From contig CAZRMQ010000002.1 in assembly GCA_964601185.1 (NCBI GenBank), positions 1 through 57,769 of the forward strand: 57,769 nt of DNA, read 5' to 3'. A program made the translations under genes and the position numbers. Positions 16,559-25,157 of the stretch are shown one piece after another (within the stretch, counting starts at the first letter, position 1; each line of letters begins with the position of its first letter). This DNA is from an uncultured Pirellulales bacterium (lineage in GTDB: Bacteria > Planctomycetota > Phycisphaerae > Sedimentisphaerales > Anaerobacaceae). The notes below the pieces were generated by a model. That model was not told the DNA's origin. It did no database searches and worked only from the letters and a program-made list of their open reading frames with translations.

Positions 16559-18232
16559 TTATTGGTTCGCTTCTGATTTTAGGATAGGCCAGAAAACCGC
16601 ATCGCCATTATCCGTCCATAATTTCGGTTTGTCTTTGCTATCTTTGCCGATCTGGCCCCCATCGTCGGAAAAATTAAGGCCAACACTATACAGGGTAAAA
16701 TCATCTCCAATCTTTTTATAAACCAGCGGTTTGTCACTGAATGAGTCTATAGGTATTTCTTTAATGTAGCCGGCTGTCACTAATTCTTCCAAGCTATTCG
16801 GATAGGTGCCGACGTTTTGTTTGTATCTCAATAACACTATCAGCAGTAAAGTTGCTTGAACTTCGGTTTTACTTCGATAGGATATTTCATTTACCTTGCC
16901 AAGAGCAGGTGCCATGATTTCCAGGAATAAATTACCCTTAATAATCTGTATGCTCTCTTTATTAAAGTCTATTCCTTTGGCTTGAAGCTGGCCTGGATTC
17001 TCAGCAGCTATCTTCTCCCAGAAGGCGTAGAACCGGTCAGCCATTTCTCTGCTTTCTCGTTTGTTCGGATGAGTAAAAAAGATATGTCCAATCTGTATCA
17101 ATACATCATAAAAATCTGCGTTTTCAAAACCTCCAAATCCTATGGAACCTCCTAAATCCCGTAACCGTGGCAAATATAAATGTCCTCCACCTAAACGACC
17201 CTCAGTAAAACATCTTTGAATTTCATCATTAACAAATAACCTTTCTCCTTTGAAGCTTACGGTAAAATCCTCACCTAAGGTAATTTGCTCAAAATCTTTC
17301 TGCAGCGCAGTTAACAAGGCTGGTTCTATCTTAAATTCGCTTATGATGTCCCGGATTGTTCGAACAGATATGGCTTCGATAGCAATACCTACAAGCTGTT
17401 CAATAAGAGTTTTATTGCCTCTCAGGTGCTGACCAAAGCGATAACAGGATTTTATATCACTGAATGCATCCTCGAATTGGTCTTTTTCGGCACGAAGTTG
17501 TGCTCGCCATACTAAACTTCGGCACAATGTGCGAAATCCAGAAAGGCTTGGTATAATTACCCCGATCATGCCATCTGATTTATTTTTATTCACATACTCA
17601 GGCCAATAATACGGCTTTTGTGAGCCGGTGATAACAAGCTCAAGAGTCTCTTCATTATCGCTCAACCATTTTTCTATGAGCTGTTTTTGTTCCGGTGTAA
17701 CTTCGCCGGGCTTTTTCGAAAGAAGATCGAAGAGTTCTTTATTATCTTCCGACAATTGCTCATATCGCTTTTCTGCTTCGTTGTAAAAAGGTGCAGCGTT
17801 TAAGCTTTCATCAACTGCCGGCCTGACCATTTGATTAAACTCGGCGAGATAGTCAATAGTAACAGCTGGTTTCCCAGTGAAAAACCAAACCAAATAAAGG
17901 ACAAAGCACAAGATTAACACACCGACTGTTTGAAATGTCCGTACAACAACTGTTCGCCACAGCGGCCTGCAGCGTTTCTTTGCTCGGCGTAATAAAACCG
18001 CCAGCAGCTTCACATCGCCAAACTCTGTGATTAACTTCTGGGCCTTTTGCTCCTTCTCTTGGTCGCCGGCACAGTCTTTTAGCTCATCCTCAAAATGCGC
18101 CACCAGTTCCGCTTGTACATCCTGCTGCACTTTCCTGCGATACCGCATCTTGTTTACGATCAATTTTATGAAATCTGTAGCGCGAGCCGGCAGCCGATTG
18201 AATTGTGATTCAGTTTCTTTCCGCTTTTCCAT
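16559..18232 (-). CDS. PadR-linked single-pass membrane protein paralog (HAAS/DUF1700-like head, divergent outer domain, pseudopilin-G-like C-terminus)
   Basis: 557 aa. Head is FIKLIVNKMRYRRKVQQDVQAELVAHFEDELKD...ITEFGDVKLLAVLLRRAKKR, followed by one TM helix. Contains LIEQLVGIAIEA and ends YPNSLEELVTAGYIKEIPIDSFSDKPLVYKKIGDDFTLYSVGLNFSDDGG. Confidence 0.7.
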   Translation of the reverse strand: MEKRKETESQFNRLPARATDFIKLIVNKMRYRRKVQQDVQAELVAHFEDELKDCAGDQEKEQKAQKLITEFGDVKLLAVLLRRAKKRCRPLWRTVVVRTFQTVGVLILCFVLYLVWFFTGKPAVTIDYLAEFNQMVRPAVDESLNAAPFYNEAEKRYEQLSEDNKELFDLLSKKPGEVTPEQKQLIEKWLSDNEETLELVITGSQKPYYWPEYVNKNKSDGMIGVIIPSLSGFRTLCRSLVWRAQLRAEKDQFEDAFSDIKSCYRFGQHLRGNKTLIEQLVGIAIEAISVRTIRDIISEFKIEPALLTALQKDFEQITLGEDFTVSFKGERLFVNDEIQRCFTEGRLGGGHLYLPRLRDLGGSIGFGGFENADFYDVLIQIGHIFFTHPNKRESREMADRFYAFWEKIAAENPGQLQAKGIDFNKESIQIIKGNLFLEIMAPALGKVNEISYRSKTEVQATLLLIVLLRYKQNVGTYPNSLEELVTAGYIKEIPIDSFSDKPLVYKKIGDDFTLYSVGLNFSDDGGQIGKDSKDKPKLWTDNGDAVFWPILKSEANQ

Positions 18233-18247
18233 ATCGCTATGTCCTAT

Positions 18248-19882
18248 TTATTGGTTCACTTCTGATTCTGGCACAGGCCCAAAAACCCAGTCACCATCAT
18301 CCGCCCACATTCTTGGCTCGCCACGGCTGTTAAGACCAAGTCTGCCGCCGTCATCCTTAAAGTCCATGCCGACGCTATAAAGGACAAATTCATGTTCGGT
18401 CCTTCTGTATACTAATGGCCGTCCACCGAATGGGTCCATAGGAAGATAGTTCATATATCCAGTCGAAACCAGTTCAGAAAGATTCTCAGGATACCGGCCT
18501 TCATTCTTCTGGTATTGCATAATTGCCAATAGAGTTAACAAACCTATTCGGTGTGTTTCCAACCGCCAAGCTATCTGGCTTACTCTTTTATGTGCGGGAC
18601 CCAGAATCTTTAACATGAGGCTTGCCTGATTAAGGATCTGGTTCCATTCGTCTTCGTCTGTATCTTTATTGTACAAGTCCCACGGTGTTTCTTCAAATAA
18701 CCGATCAACTTGCTCGAAATATTCATCGATTGTCGCAATAAATTCCTGCCTGCTTGGATATCTGAATGTAAATAACCTCCATAAAAAGTCTTTGATATCT
18801 TGCACCACATACGGCAGGCCTTGCTTCAGGAGACGACCATCACCTTGGCCATCGTCGGTAAAACCTCGTTGAATCTGGTCGTACCAGAACACTTTTTCCG
18901 CTTCAAGGCTAATGATCGGCTTTCGTTTCTCGACCTGTTTTGCTAATTCCTCCTGGATTGCCCTTAAGGCATCTGTAGACACATCGGTGTTTTTCAAAAT
19001 CGAGCTAATTTCATTAAGGGGGATAGCCTCAATTGCCACCCCCACTAACTGCTCGATCAGCAAACCTTGGCCATGCAAATGATTGCCAAATTTCTGCAAG
19101 ACAGAGCAATCTCTCAGTGCAGAGTCAACATCTCCATTGTAAGCTTGAAGTTGAATCTGCCATCGCATGGCACGCGCTAAATTTTTGTAGCCAGGCAAGG
19201 ATTTCATAACGTCCGGCATAAGAGTTTCTACTAACTGACCCTCACCGCTTTTTTGATAACGACTCCAATAGTAAGGGCGTTGTGCAGCCATTCTGAGTGT
19301 TTCCAGAGACTTTCGATTATCTTCGAGCCATGAGACTAAGGACTGTAGCTGCACATCGTTAAAATCTGTGGGCCACTTTACTTTGCTTTTAATAAGCCAG
19401 CCGGGCATTTCCACATAAAGCTCAATGGCTTTTTCATAATAAGGTCTTGCATTATCAACAGCATCTCTGTCAGCCCGTACAAACTCGGTCAGCCAATCAG
19501 CGTAATTAACCTTAACAGTTGGCCTTCCAATAATCAGAGGACTACTACAGATAAGCAAATACAAAAAGATGACCCCCAATACTTGAAGACCTCGCACAAG
19601 AACTTTTTTCCAGACAGGCCTGCAGCGTTTCTTTGCCCGGCGCATAAGATGAGCGAGGAGTTTTGGATCGCCAAATTCGGCGATTAACTTCTGAGCTTTT
19701 TGCTCTTTCTCTTGGTCGACGGCACAGACTTTTAGCTCATCCTCAAAATGCGTCGCCAATTCTGCTTGTACATCCCGCCGCACTTTCTTGCGATATCGCA
19801 TCTTCTTGATTACCAGCTTTATAAACTCGACGGCACAAGCAGGAAGATTTTGAAAATCTGTCTTTTTATGTCCCTTTGACAT
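18248..19882 (-). CDS. PadR-linked single-pass membrane protein paralog (HAAS/DUF1700-like head, divergent outer domain, pseudopilin-G-like C-terminus)
   Basis: 544 aa with the same architecture. Head is FIKLVIKKMRYRKKVRRDVQAELATHFEDELK...IAEFGDPKLLAHLMRRAKKR, followed by one TM helix. Contains LIEQLVGVAIEA and ends YPENLSELVSTGYMNYLPMDPFGGRPLVYRRTEHEFVLYSVGMDFKDDGG. Confidence 0.7.
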   Translation of the reverse strand: MSKGHKKTDFQNLPACAVEFIKLVIKKMRYRKKVRRDVQAELATHFEDELKVCAVDQEKEQKAQKLIAEFGDPKLLAHLMRRAKKRCRPVWKKVLVRGLQVLGVIFLYLLICSSPLIIGRPTVKVNYADWLTEFVRADRDAVDNARPYYEKAIELYVEMPGWLIKSKVKWPTDFNDVQLQSLVSWLEDNRKSLETLRMAAQRPYYWSRYQKSGEGQLVETLMPDVMKSLPGYKNLARAMRWQIQLQAYNGDVDSALRDCSVLQKFGNHLHGQGLLIEQLVGVAIEAIPLNEISSILKNTDVSTDALRAIQEELAKQVEKRKPIISLEAEKVFWYDQIQRGFTDDGQGDGRLLKQGLPYVVQDIKDFLWRLFTFRYPSRQEFIATIDEYFEQVDRLFEETPWDLYNKDTDEDEWNQILNQASLMLKILGPAHKRVSQIAWRLETHRIGLLTLLAIMQYQKNEGRYPENLSELVSTGYMNYLPMDPFGGRPLVYRRTEHEFVLYSVGMDFKDDGGRLGLNSRGEPRMWADDGDWVFGPVPESEVNQ

Positions 19883-19949
19883 AATAACCTCGAATTTTCA
19901 ACCAAAATATTTTGAACCTCAGGTAAAACCTGGGGCTAAAAACTGTTGG

Positions 19950-20291
19950 TTAGGCCGTCGTTAGCGCTCCGCCGAAGACAAGATTCAGGCCGGCTGTCAA
20001 TTCTTTAAGTTGCGCCTTTTGTCTTGCCAATTCATCTTTGCCTTTACTGGTGATTGAGTAGTATCTTCTTTTTCTGCCGGAATCTGAATCTTCCCACTTT
20101 CCTTTTACGAGCTTTCTGGCCTCCAGATTATAAAGCAGTGGATAGAGCGTTCCTTTGCCGAGCGTCAGGACTTCGCCGCTTCGCTGCTCGATAGTCTGGC
20201 TCAGCTCGTACCCATACATCTGGCCGCGAGAGAGAATTTCCAAGACAACCACCGGAGCGATACCTTTTAATAATTGACTTTCAAACTTCAT
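19950..20291 (-). CDS. PadR-family winged-helix transcriptional regulator
   Basis: 113 aa. The block VLEILSRGQMYGYELSQTIEQRSGEVLTLGKGTLYPLLYNLEARKLV...RRYYSITSKG is the canonical PadR wHTH signature. It is the first gene of the minus-strand operon. Confidence 0.9.
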   Translation of the reverse strand: MKFESQLLKGIAPVVVLEILSRGQMYGYELSQTIEQRSGEVLTLGKGTLYPLLYNLEARKLVKGKWEDSDSGRKRRYYSITSKGKDELARQKAQLKELTAGLNLVFGGALTTA

Positions 20292-20345
20292 AGATACCTC
20301 CTATTTTTGTATTGCGATTATGTACTTGTTTATTTGCCTTGTTTT

Positions 20346-20370
20346 ACATATTATGTTATACATACTATGT
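20346..20370. promoter_or_regulatory. Candidate PadR operator: interleaved ACAT/ATGT half-sites
   Basis: ACATATTATGTTATACATACTATGT reads ACAT-N3-ATGT-N3-ACAT-N3-ATGT, an imperfect 25-bp palindrome 55-80 nt upstream of the PadR start. PadR operators are commonly ATGT/ACAT inverted repeats. Confidence 0.35.
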
Positions 20371-20562
20371 GATGTCAATCAAAAAATAAAAAATTTATAA
20401 ATTTTTTTGGGAGTAAACTGCTGTAGGCAGATAGGAGGTGATTAATACCTTTATGGTTTTAATTTCCTTGAAAAGTAACATTTTGGTCATAAAATAGTTC
20501 AGGATTTGCTTGATGATTATGCTTATCCGTTCGTATATAAAAAAAGGATAGACGAAAAATTC

Positions 20563-20648
20563 GGAGCAGTGGCTGAGTGGTTTAAAGCGACGGTCTTGAA
20601 AACCGTTTTACCCTTTGGGTAACGGGGGTTCGAATCCCTCCTGCTCCG
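20563..20648 (+). tRNA. tRNA-Ser (anticodon TGA)
   Basis: Hand-folded cloverleaf. Acceptor GGAGCAG/CTGCTCC plus discriminator G. Anticodon stem ACGGT/ACCGT with loop CTTGAAA. Long variable arm TACCC-TTT-GGGTA. T-loop GGTTCGAATCC. No encoded CCA. Confidence 0.9.
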
Positions 20649-20661
20649 GTGTGTTTGTTTT

Positions 20662-20689
20662 GCGTATTGCGTCGTGCGTATTGCGTTGG
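20662..20689. repeat. Heptamer tandem repeat downstream of tRNA-Ser
   Basis: GCGTATT GCGTCGT GCGTATT GCGTTGG: four GCGTnnn heptamers starting 14 nt after the tRNA 3-prime end. Confidence 0.6.
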
Positions 20690-20871
20690 GTAGCAGCCAC
20701 AATCCGGCTAAAGTCGGTAGACCCGGCTTTATACGGGACGGATTGGGGATGGTCATGTCTCAAATTTCCACTTGAATATTCGGCTTATTAGTATATCTTT
20801 CTTGTAGCGGATGTTCCCTGGTTTTTCGGGACTGAGAGTAAGCTGATAAAATCTTTCAAGGAGATAAACAC

Positions 20872-21963
20872 ATGTTATTAAAACACAACCACAATCGACC
20901 TGTTATCCACGTCATTGCCACATTTTTTTGTCTTTTCATTTTTGTTTTTTCCTTACCTGTTTTGGTTTTGGCACAAACAGATGCAAACTCTACGCCTACG
21001 GATAAACCCGCCGGTTCCGCAATTACAAATCCTCTAATCGAGCAATGCGCTGACCCCTGGTGTATGCGTCACACGGACGGCTATTACTACTTCACCGCCA
21101 CTGTCCCGGAATACGACCGCATTGAGCTGCGTCGTGCCTCCACCATAGCCGGGCTTGCTACAGCCGAGGCCAAGGTCATCTGGCGCAAGCACGATAAAGG
21201 CCCGATGAGCTACCACATCTGGGCTCCGGAGATTCATCAGATCAACGGCAAATGGTATATATACTTCGCAGCCGGCAAGGCCGATGATATTTGGGCAATA
21301 CGCATTTATGTCCTCGAATGCTCCGCAGCTAATCCGCTCGAAGGGCAATGGCTCGAAAAAGGCCGGCTCAAGACCAACTGGGAATCCTTCTCCCTCGATG
21401 CCACCACCTTCGAACATCACGGCGTCCGCTACCTCGTTTGGGCACAAAAGGATCCCAAGATTCAGGGAAATACAAATCTCTATATCGCCAGGATGGATAC
21501 TCCGTGGTCCATTAGCGGTGAGCAGGTGATGATTACCAAGCCGGAGTATCCCTGGGAGCAAATCCTTTTCTGGGTCAATGAAGGTCCCGCCGCCCTAATT
21601 CGCAATGGGCGAGTCTTTATCAGCTATTCGGCCAGTGGAACCAACCACAACTACTGTATGGGACTTCTAACTGCCGATGAAGATGCGGACCTGCTCGATG
21701 CGAAATCGTGGCAAAAATCGACGGTTCCGGTTTTTAAAAGCTGCCCAGCCAACGGCCAATACGGACCCGGCCACAACAGTTTCACCGTATCCGAGGACGG
21801 CAAGACTGATATGCTTGTCTATCATGCACGCAACTATAAAGAAATCCAAGGCGATCCGCTGCATAATCCCGACCGCCACACCCGGGTTCAGCCGCTTCGC
21901 TGGAAGCCCGACGGCACGCCCGACTTCGGTGAACCCGTCCCCGATGGTCCATTGCCAAAATAA
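20872..21963 (+). CDS. Glycoside hydrolase family 43 (arabinofuranosidase/arabinanase-type), secreted
   Basis: 363 aa with a signal peptide. GH43 blocks are ADPWCMRHTDGYYYFTAT, HIWAPEIHQINGKWYIYFAA and VNEGPAALIRNGRVFISYSAS, giving the expected Asp/Asp/Glu positions. Confidence 0.85.
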   Translation: MLLKHNHNRPVIHVIATFFCLFIFVFSLPVLVLAQTDANSTPTDKPAGSAITNPLIEQCADPWCMRHTDGYYYFTATVPEYDRIELRRASTIAGLATAEAKVIWRKHDKGPMSYHIWAPEIHQINGKWYIYFAAGKADDIWAIRIYVLECSAANPLEGQWLEKGRLKTNWESFSLDATTFEHHGVRYLVWAQKDPKIQGNTNLYIARMDTPWSISGEQVMITKPEYPWEQILFWVNEGPAALIRNGRVFISYSASGTNHNYCMGLLTADEDADLLDAKSWQKSTVPVFKSCPANGQYGPGHNSFTVSEDGKTDMLVYHARNYKEIQGDPLHNPDRHTRVQPLRWKPDGTPDFGEPVPDGPLPK

Positions 21964-22198
21964 CTTGGTGGATATATAATATTTGAACCAAAAGTAAACT
22001 AATAAATAAATCCAACCGGCCTTGTTAAACGCCGCCAGTGAGCTTGTCGTTACACATTCATTTGCGATTAAGCAAAGTGAAAAGTACACCCAAACTAAAA
22101 GCGACTTAAAAAGGCCTATATATAGCCTATGAAGCCAAACTGCTTAAATTTAGGCTTTTTATCTATGTCAAAAAATATTTTATAATTTTTATTGAACA

Positions 22199-22215
22199 AT
22201 AAGAATAATTCTTAT
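22199..22215. promoter_or_regulatory. Fur/PerR-type operator candidate (8-1-8 perfect inverted repeat)
   Basis: ATAAGAAT-A-ATTCTTAT lies 50 nt upstream of the Fur-family gene ATG (22265) and sits within an AT-rich promoter region. Confidence 0.5.
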
Positions 22216-22264
22216 ATAGTAATCATTAGTATAAATAATTAAAAGCTTTGTGTGCCGTGATAAG

Positions 22265-22708
22265 ATGCTACTAAATAGTAAAAAAGACTTAATCGATTTA
22301 TTTCGGGACAGGTGCAAAAAACACAATCTCAACATGACTCCCCAACGCATTGCAATATATGAGGAGCTGATTAAGGCAAGAAATCATCCCTATTCTGAAG
22401 ATATTTTTGAGAAGGTTAGAAATGTTTTTCCTGACATTTCCCTTGATACTGTATATAGAACGCTCTCAACCTTTGCCAAAATTGGTGTTGTTAATATAGT
22501 CGAAGGATATGGTGAAGCAAAACGGTATGACCCTGATGTAAATCCCCACCACCATTTCAGATGCCGGAGATGCAATAAGATAGTGGATTTTCATAATCAA
22601 AGTTACGATAATCTGAAGGTCCCAAAAGCGTTTCGAAAAAATTTCAGTGTTACTAATGTGAAAGTAATCCTGGAAGGTGTATGCAATAAATGTGTCAAAA
22701 GGCGTTGA
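22265..22708 (+). CDS. Fur-family metalloregulator (PerR/Fur-like)
   Basis: N-terminal wHTH (TPQRIAIYEEL...HPYSEDIFEKV), a His cluster NPHHHF and two CxxC pairs (RCRRCNKIV and GVCNKCV). The ORF track begins at GTG 22250; ATG 22265 is preferred. Confidence 0.85.
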   Translation: MLLNSKKDLIDLFRDRCKKHNLNMTPQRIAIYEELIKARNHPYSEDIFEKVRNVFPDISLDTVYRTLSTFAKIGVVNIVEGYGEAKRYDPDVNPHHHFRCRRCNKIVDFHNQSYDNLKVPKAFRKNFSVTNVKVILEGVCNKCVKRR

Positions 22709-22727
22709 TATATTTTTTGCATAAATA

Positions 22728-22761
22728 GTAAGAATAATTACTATTTAAGATATATTCTTAT
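22728..22761. promoter_or_regulatory. Two adjacent 17-mers related to the 22199 box, upstream of the ferritin-like gene
   Basis: GTAAGAATAATTACTAT (22728..22744) matches the 22199 box at 14/17. TTAAGATATATTCTTAT (22745..22761) matches at 13/17. They lie 82-115 nt upstream of ATG 22843. Confidence 0.45.
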
Positions 22762-22842
22762 ATTTAGTTGAAGCGGTGCAAGACAATTAATGTTGTCTAT
22801 ATATTAGTTTGTTCAATGAGATATTAGAAAGGAGATAAAAAG

Positions 22843-23394
22843 ATGGCAAAAGTAGCAAGAGAAATGGTTGAAAAGGCAGGAATCAAAGTCGACGATTTGC
22901 TGAAGCTGCTGGTTAAGAATGCCGCTGCAGAATTGACAACTTTTTACTACTATACGATTCTGCGGGTCAATCTTATAGGCCTGGAAGGCGAGGGAATCAA
23001 AGAAATTGCGGAAACAGCCAGGATTGAGGACCGCAACCACTTTGAAGCCTTGGTGCCCCGCATATACGAGCTTGGCGGTGAATTGCCCAGCGACATGAAG
23101 GTTTTTCACGATATGTCTGCATGCCCGCCTGCATCCTTGCCAAAGGACCCAACTGACATCAAAGCTATGTTGACGGTGCTGGTAAACGCTGAGAGGTGTG
23201 CTGTACGTGGGTATACTCAGATCTGCAATATGACAGCCGGCAAAGATCACCGCACATACGCTCTGGCCCAGGCGATTCTTAATGAGGAAATCGAGCACGA
23301 ATCCTGGTTCTCGGAGTTTCTCGGTGAGGGGCCATCGGGTCACTTCTTACGTAGAGGTGAAACCTCCCCATTCGTAAGCAACTTTATGAGGTAA
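22843..23394 (+). CDS. Ferritin-like di-iron protein, Dps-like (DPSL/bacterioferritin-related)
   Basis: 183 aa. Four-helix-bundle metal ligand pattern: AAELTTFYYYT, EDRNHFEAL, ERCAVRGY and NEEIEHESWF (ExxH). RBS AGGAGA lies upstream. Confidence 0.7.
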   Translation: MAKVAREMVEKAGIKVDDLLKLLVKNAAAELTTFYYYTILRVNLIGLEGEGIKEIAETARIEDRNHFEALVPRIYELGGELPSDMKVFHDMSACPPASLPKDPTDIKAMLTVLVNAERCAVRGYTQICNMTAGKDHRTYALAQAILNEEIEHESWFSEFLGEGPSGHFLRRGETSPFVSNFMR

Positions 23395-23403
23395 ATGATA
23401 AAC

Positions 23404-23445
23404 GGGGATAGGATAGCCTCTAATACACAAGTGCTTCCTATCCCC
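23404..23445 (+). terminator. Stem-loop downstream of the ferritin-like gene
   Basis: GGGGATAGGA (23404..23413) pairs perfectly with TCCTATCCCC (23436..23445). The loop is 22 nt and the downstream T-tract is weak. Confidence 0.4.
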
Positions 23446-23472
23446 CTATTTACCATCCATATAGGAAAAAAG

Positions 23473-23500
23473 ATAGCCCAAGAGATGTAGGGCTATTTCC
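23473..23500 (+). terminator. Second stem-loop with a T-rich tail
   Basis: ATAGCCC-aagagatgta-GGGCTAT followed by TTTCCATTT. Confidence 0.4.
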
Positions 23501-23630
23501 ATTTGGTCAATTCTAAGTTGTTACCGTTTTAGCTTTACACACACGCCTTTATATCTACGAAATTGTAATTTCTTGTAATTGTTCTACGATTTTGTTATGA
23601 TACTGCGGTTTTTTGGAGAGAGCAGAAATT

Positions 23631-25157
23631 ATGAAGGTAAAAGTCGCAAAAGAAGTTAAGCTTTTAAGCGATATATCGAAGGCCTTTGCCGAATCGCTTG
23701 ACCTTGAAGAGACGTTGAAGTCCATATTTCACTCGCTGGATATGCACCTTAAACTGCGCAGAGGAACTATCACTTTGCTCGACCAGGATACTGAGCTAAT
23801 TAATATTAAGATAGCTCACGGCCTTAGCGAAAAATCAAAAAAAATGGGTAGCTACAAGGTTGGCGAGGGAATTACCGGAATGGTAGTGCAAAACGGCAAA
23901 GAGATTGTTGTTCCTGATATTTCCAAAGACCCGCGCTTTCTGTACAAAACCGGGCCGAGAGGACGAGGAAAGAATCAGAAAATAGCCTTTTTCTGTGTTC
24001 CCATCAAGCTGGAAGGTAAGACCATCGGTGCGTTGAGCGTTGATAAGCAGGCCGGCAGTAAAGATGATTTTCAATATAGTCTCAGGCTCCTGAACGTCAT
24101 CGCTACGATGGTGGCACAGGCGGTGAAACTGAATAAACTTTTTGAGTCCAAGCGAAAGCAATTGCAGGATGAGAATGTGCGATTGCGTCAGGAATTAAAA
24201 GCTCGATTCAATATCCATAATATGGTCGGCAGCAGTAATGCAATTCAAGAGGTCTATCGGCTTATCGAGCAGGTTGCCGATAGTAATGCCACCGTGCTTA
24301 TCCGCGGCGAAAGCGGGACAGGCAAAGACCTCGTGGCTCACGCAATTCATTACAACAGCCCGCGTGCAGACAAGCCTTTCGTGAAAGTGAACTGTACGGC
24401 GCTGCCGGAGACACTGTTGGAAAGCGAGCTTTTCGGACATGAAAAGGGTGCCTTTACCGGCGCTACCGAGCGAAAACTCGGCAGGTTCGAAAGAGCGCAT
24501 GGCGGAACAATCTTTCTCGATGAGATTGGGGATTTCGCGCCGAATCTGCAGGTCAAACTCTTACGCATTATTCAGTTCAAAGAGTTTGAAAGGCTTGGAG
24601 GTTTGGAGACTCTGAAGACAAACGTCAGGATTATTGTTGCGACACACAAGAACCTTGAAGAACACATTGAGAAAGGGCTTTTTCGCGAAGACCTCTACTA
24701 TCGAATAAACGTCTTTCCTATTTATCTGCCGCCGTTGCGGGAACGTAAAGATGACATCATGCTGATGGCGGATTGCTTCCTTGAGAAGTTAGCAGCCGAG
24801 AACAATAAGCGAATCAGCCGGATTTCAACTCCTGCAATTGAAATGCTCACCAGGTACCATTGGCCGGGCAATGTAAGAGAATTGGAGAATTGCATCGAAA
24901 GGGCGGTTTTATTATGTGATGGAGATGTCATTCGTTCCGAGCATTTGCCACCCTCGCTTCAAATGATAAAAAAGAAAGGACCTGTAGCCAAGAGGTCTTT
25001 GGTAGAGATCGTTGAAAATACCGAGAAGGAGCTTATCGTTGATGCACTGAAGAAGTGCGGCGGCCAGCAGCGCAAAGCCGCTCATGATCTGGGTATAACC
25101 GAACGCATCCTCGGCTATAAAATCAAGAAGTACAAAATCTATCCGAAGTATATCTAA
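23631..25157 (+). CDS. Sigma54-dependent enhancer-binding protein, GAF-AAA+-Fis HTH (NifA/NtrC-like)
   Basis: N-terminal GAF-like domain. AAA+ core with Walker A GESGTGKD, the sigma54-contact loop [10 protein letters not shown] and Walker [10 protein letters not shown]-terminal [25 protein letters not shown]. The ORF track starts at TTG 23613; ATG 23631 follows GGAGAG. Confidence 0.9.
   Translation: MKVKVAKEVKLLSDISKAFAESLDLEETLKSIFHSLDMHLKLRRGTITLLDQDTELINIKIAHGLSEKSKKMGSYKVGEGITGMVVQNGKEIVVPDISKDPRFLYKTGPRGRGKNQKIAFFCVPIKLEGKTIGALSVDKQAGSKDDFQYSLRLLNVIATMVAQAVKLNKLFESKRKQLQDENVRLRQELKARFNIHNMVGSSNAIQEVYRLIEQVADSNATVLIRGESGTGKDLVAHAIHYNSPRADKPFVKVNCTALPETLLESELFGHEKGAFTGATERKLGRFERAHGGTIFLDEIGDFAPNLQVKLLRIIQFKEFERLGGLETLKTNVRIIVATHKNLEEHIEKGLFREDLYYRINVFPIYLPPLRERKDDIMLMADCFLEKLAAENNKRISRISTPAIEMLTRYHWPGNVRELENCIERAVLLCDGDVIRSEHLPPSLQMIKKKGPVAKRSLVEIVENTEKELIVDALKKCGGQQRKAAHDLGITERILGYKIKKYKIYPKYI

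Noticed and set aside
20523-20756. 77-aa minus-strand ORF
   Set aside because: It runs antisense through tRNA-Ser (20563..20648) and the heptamer repeat. The tRNA cloverleaf explains the region.
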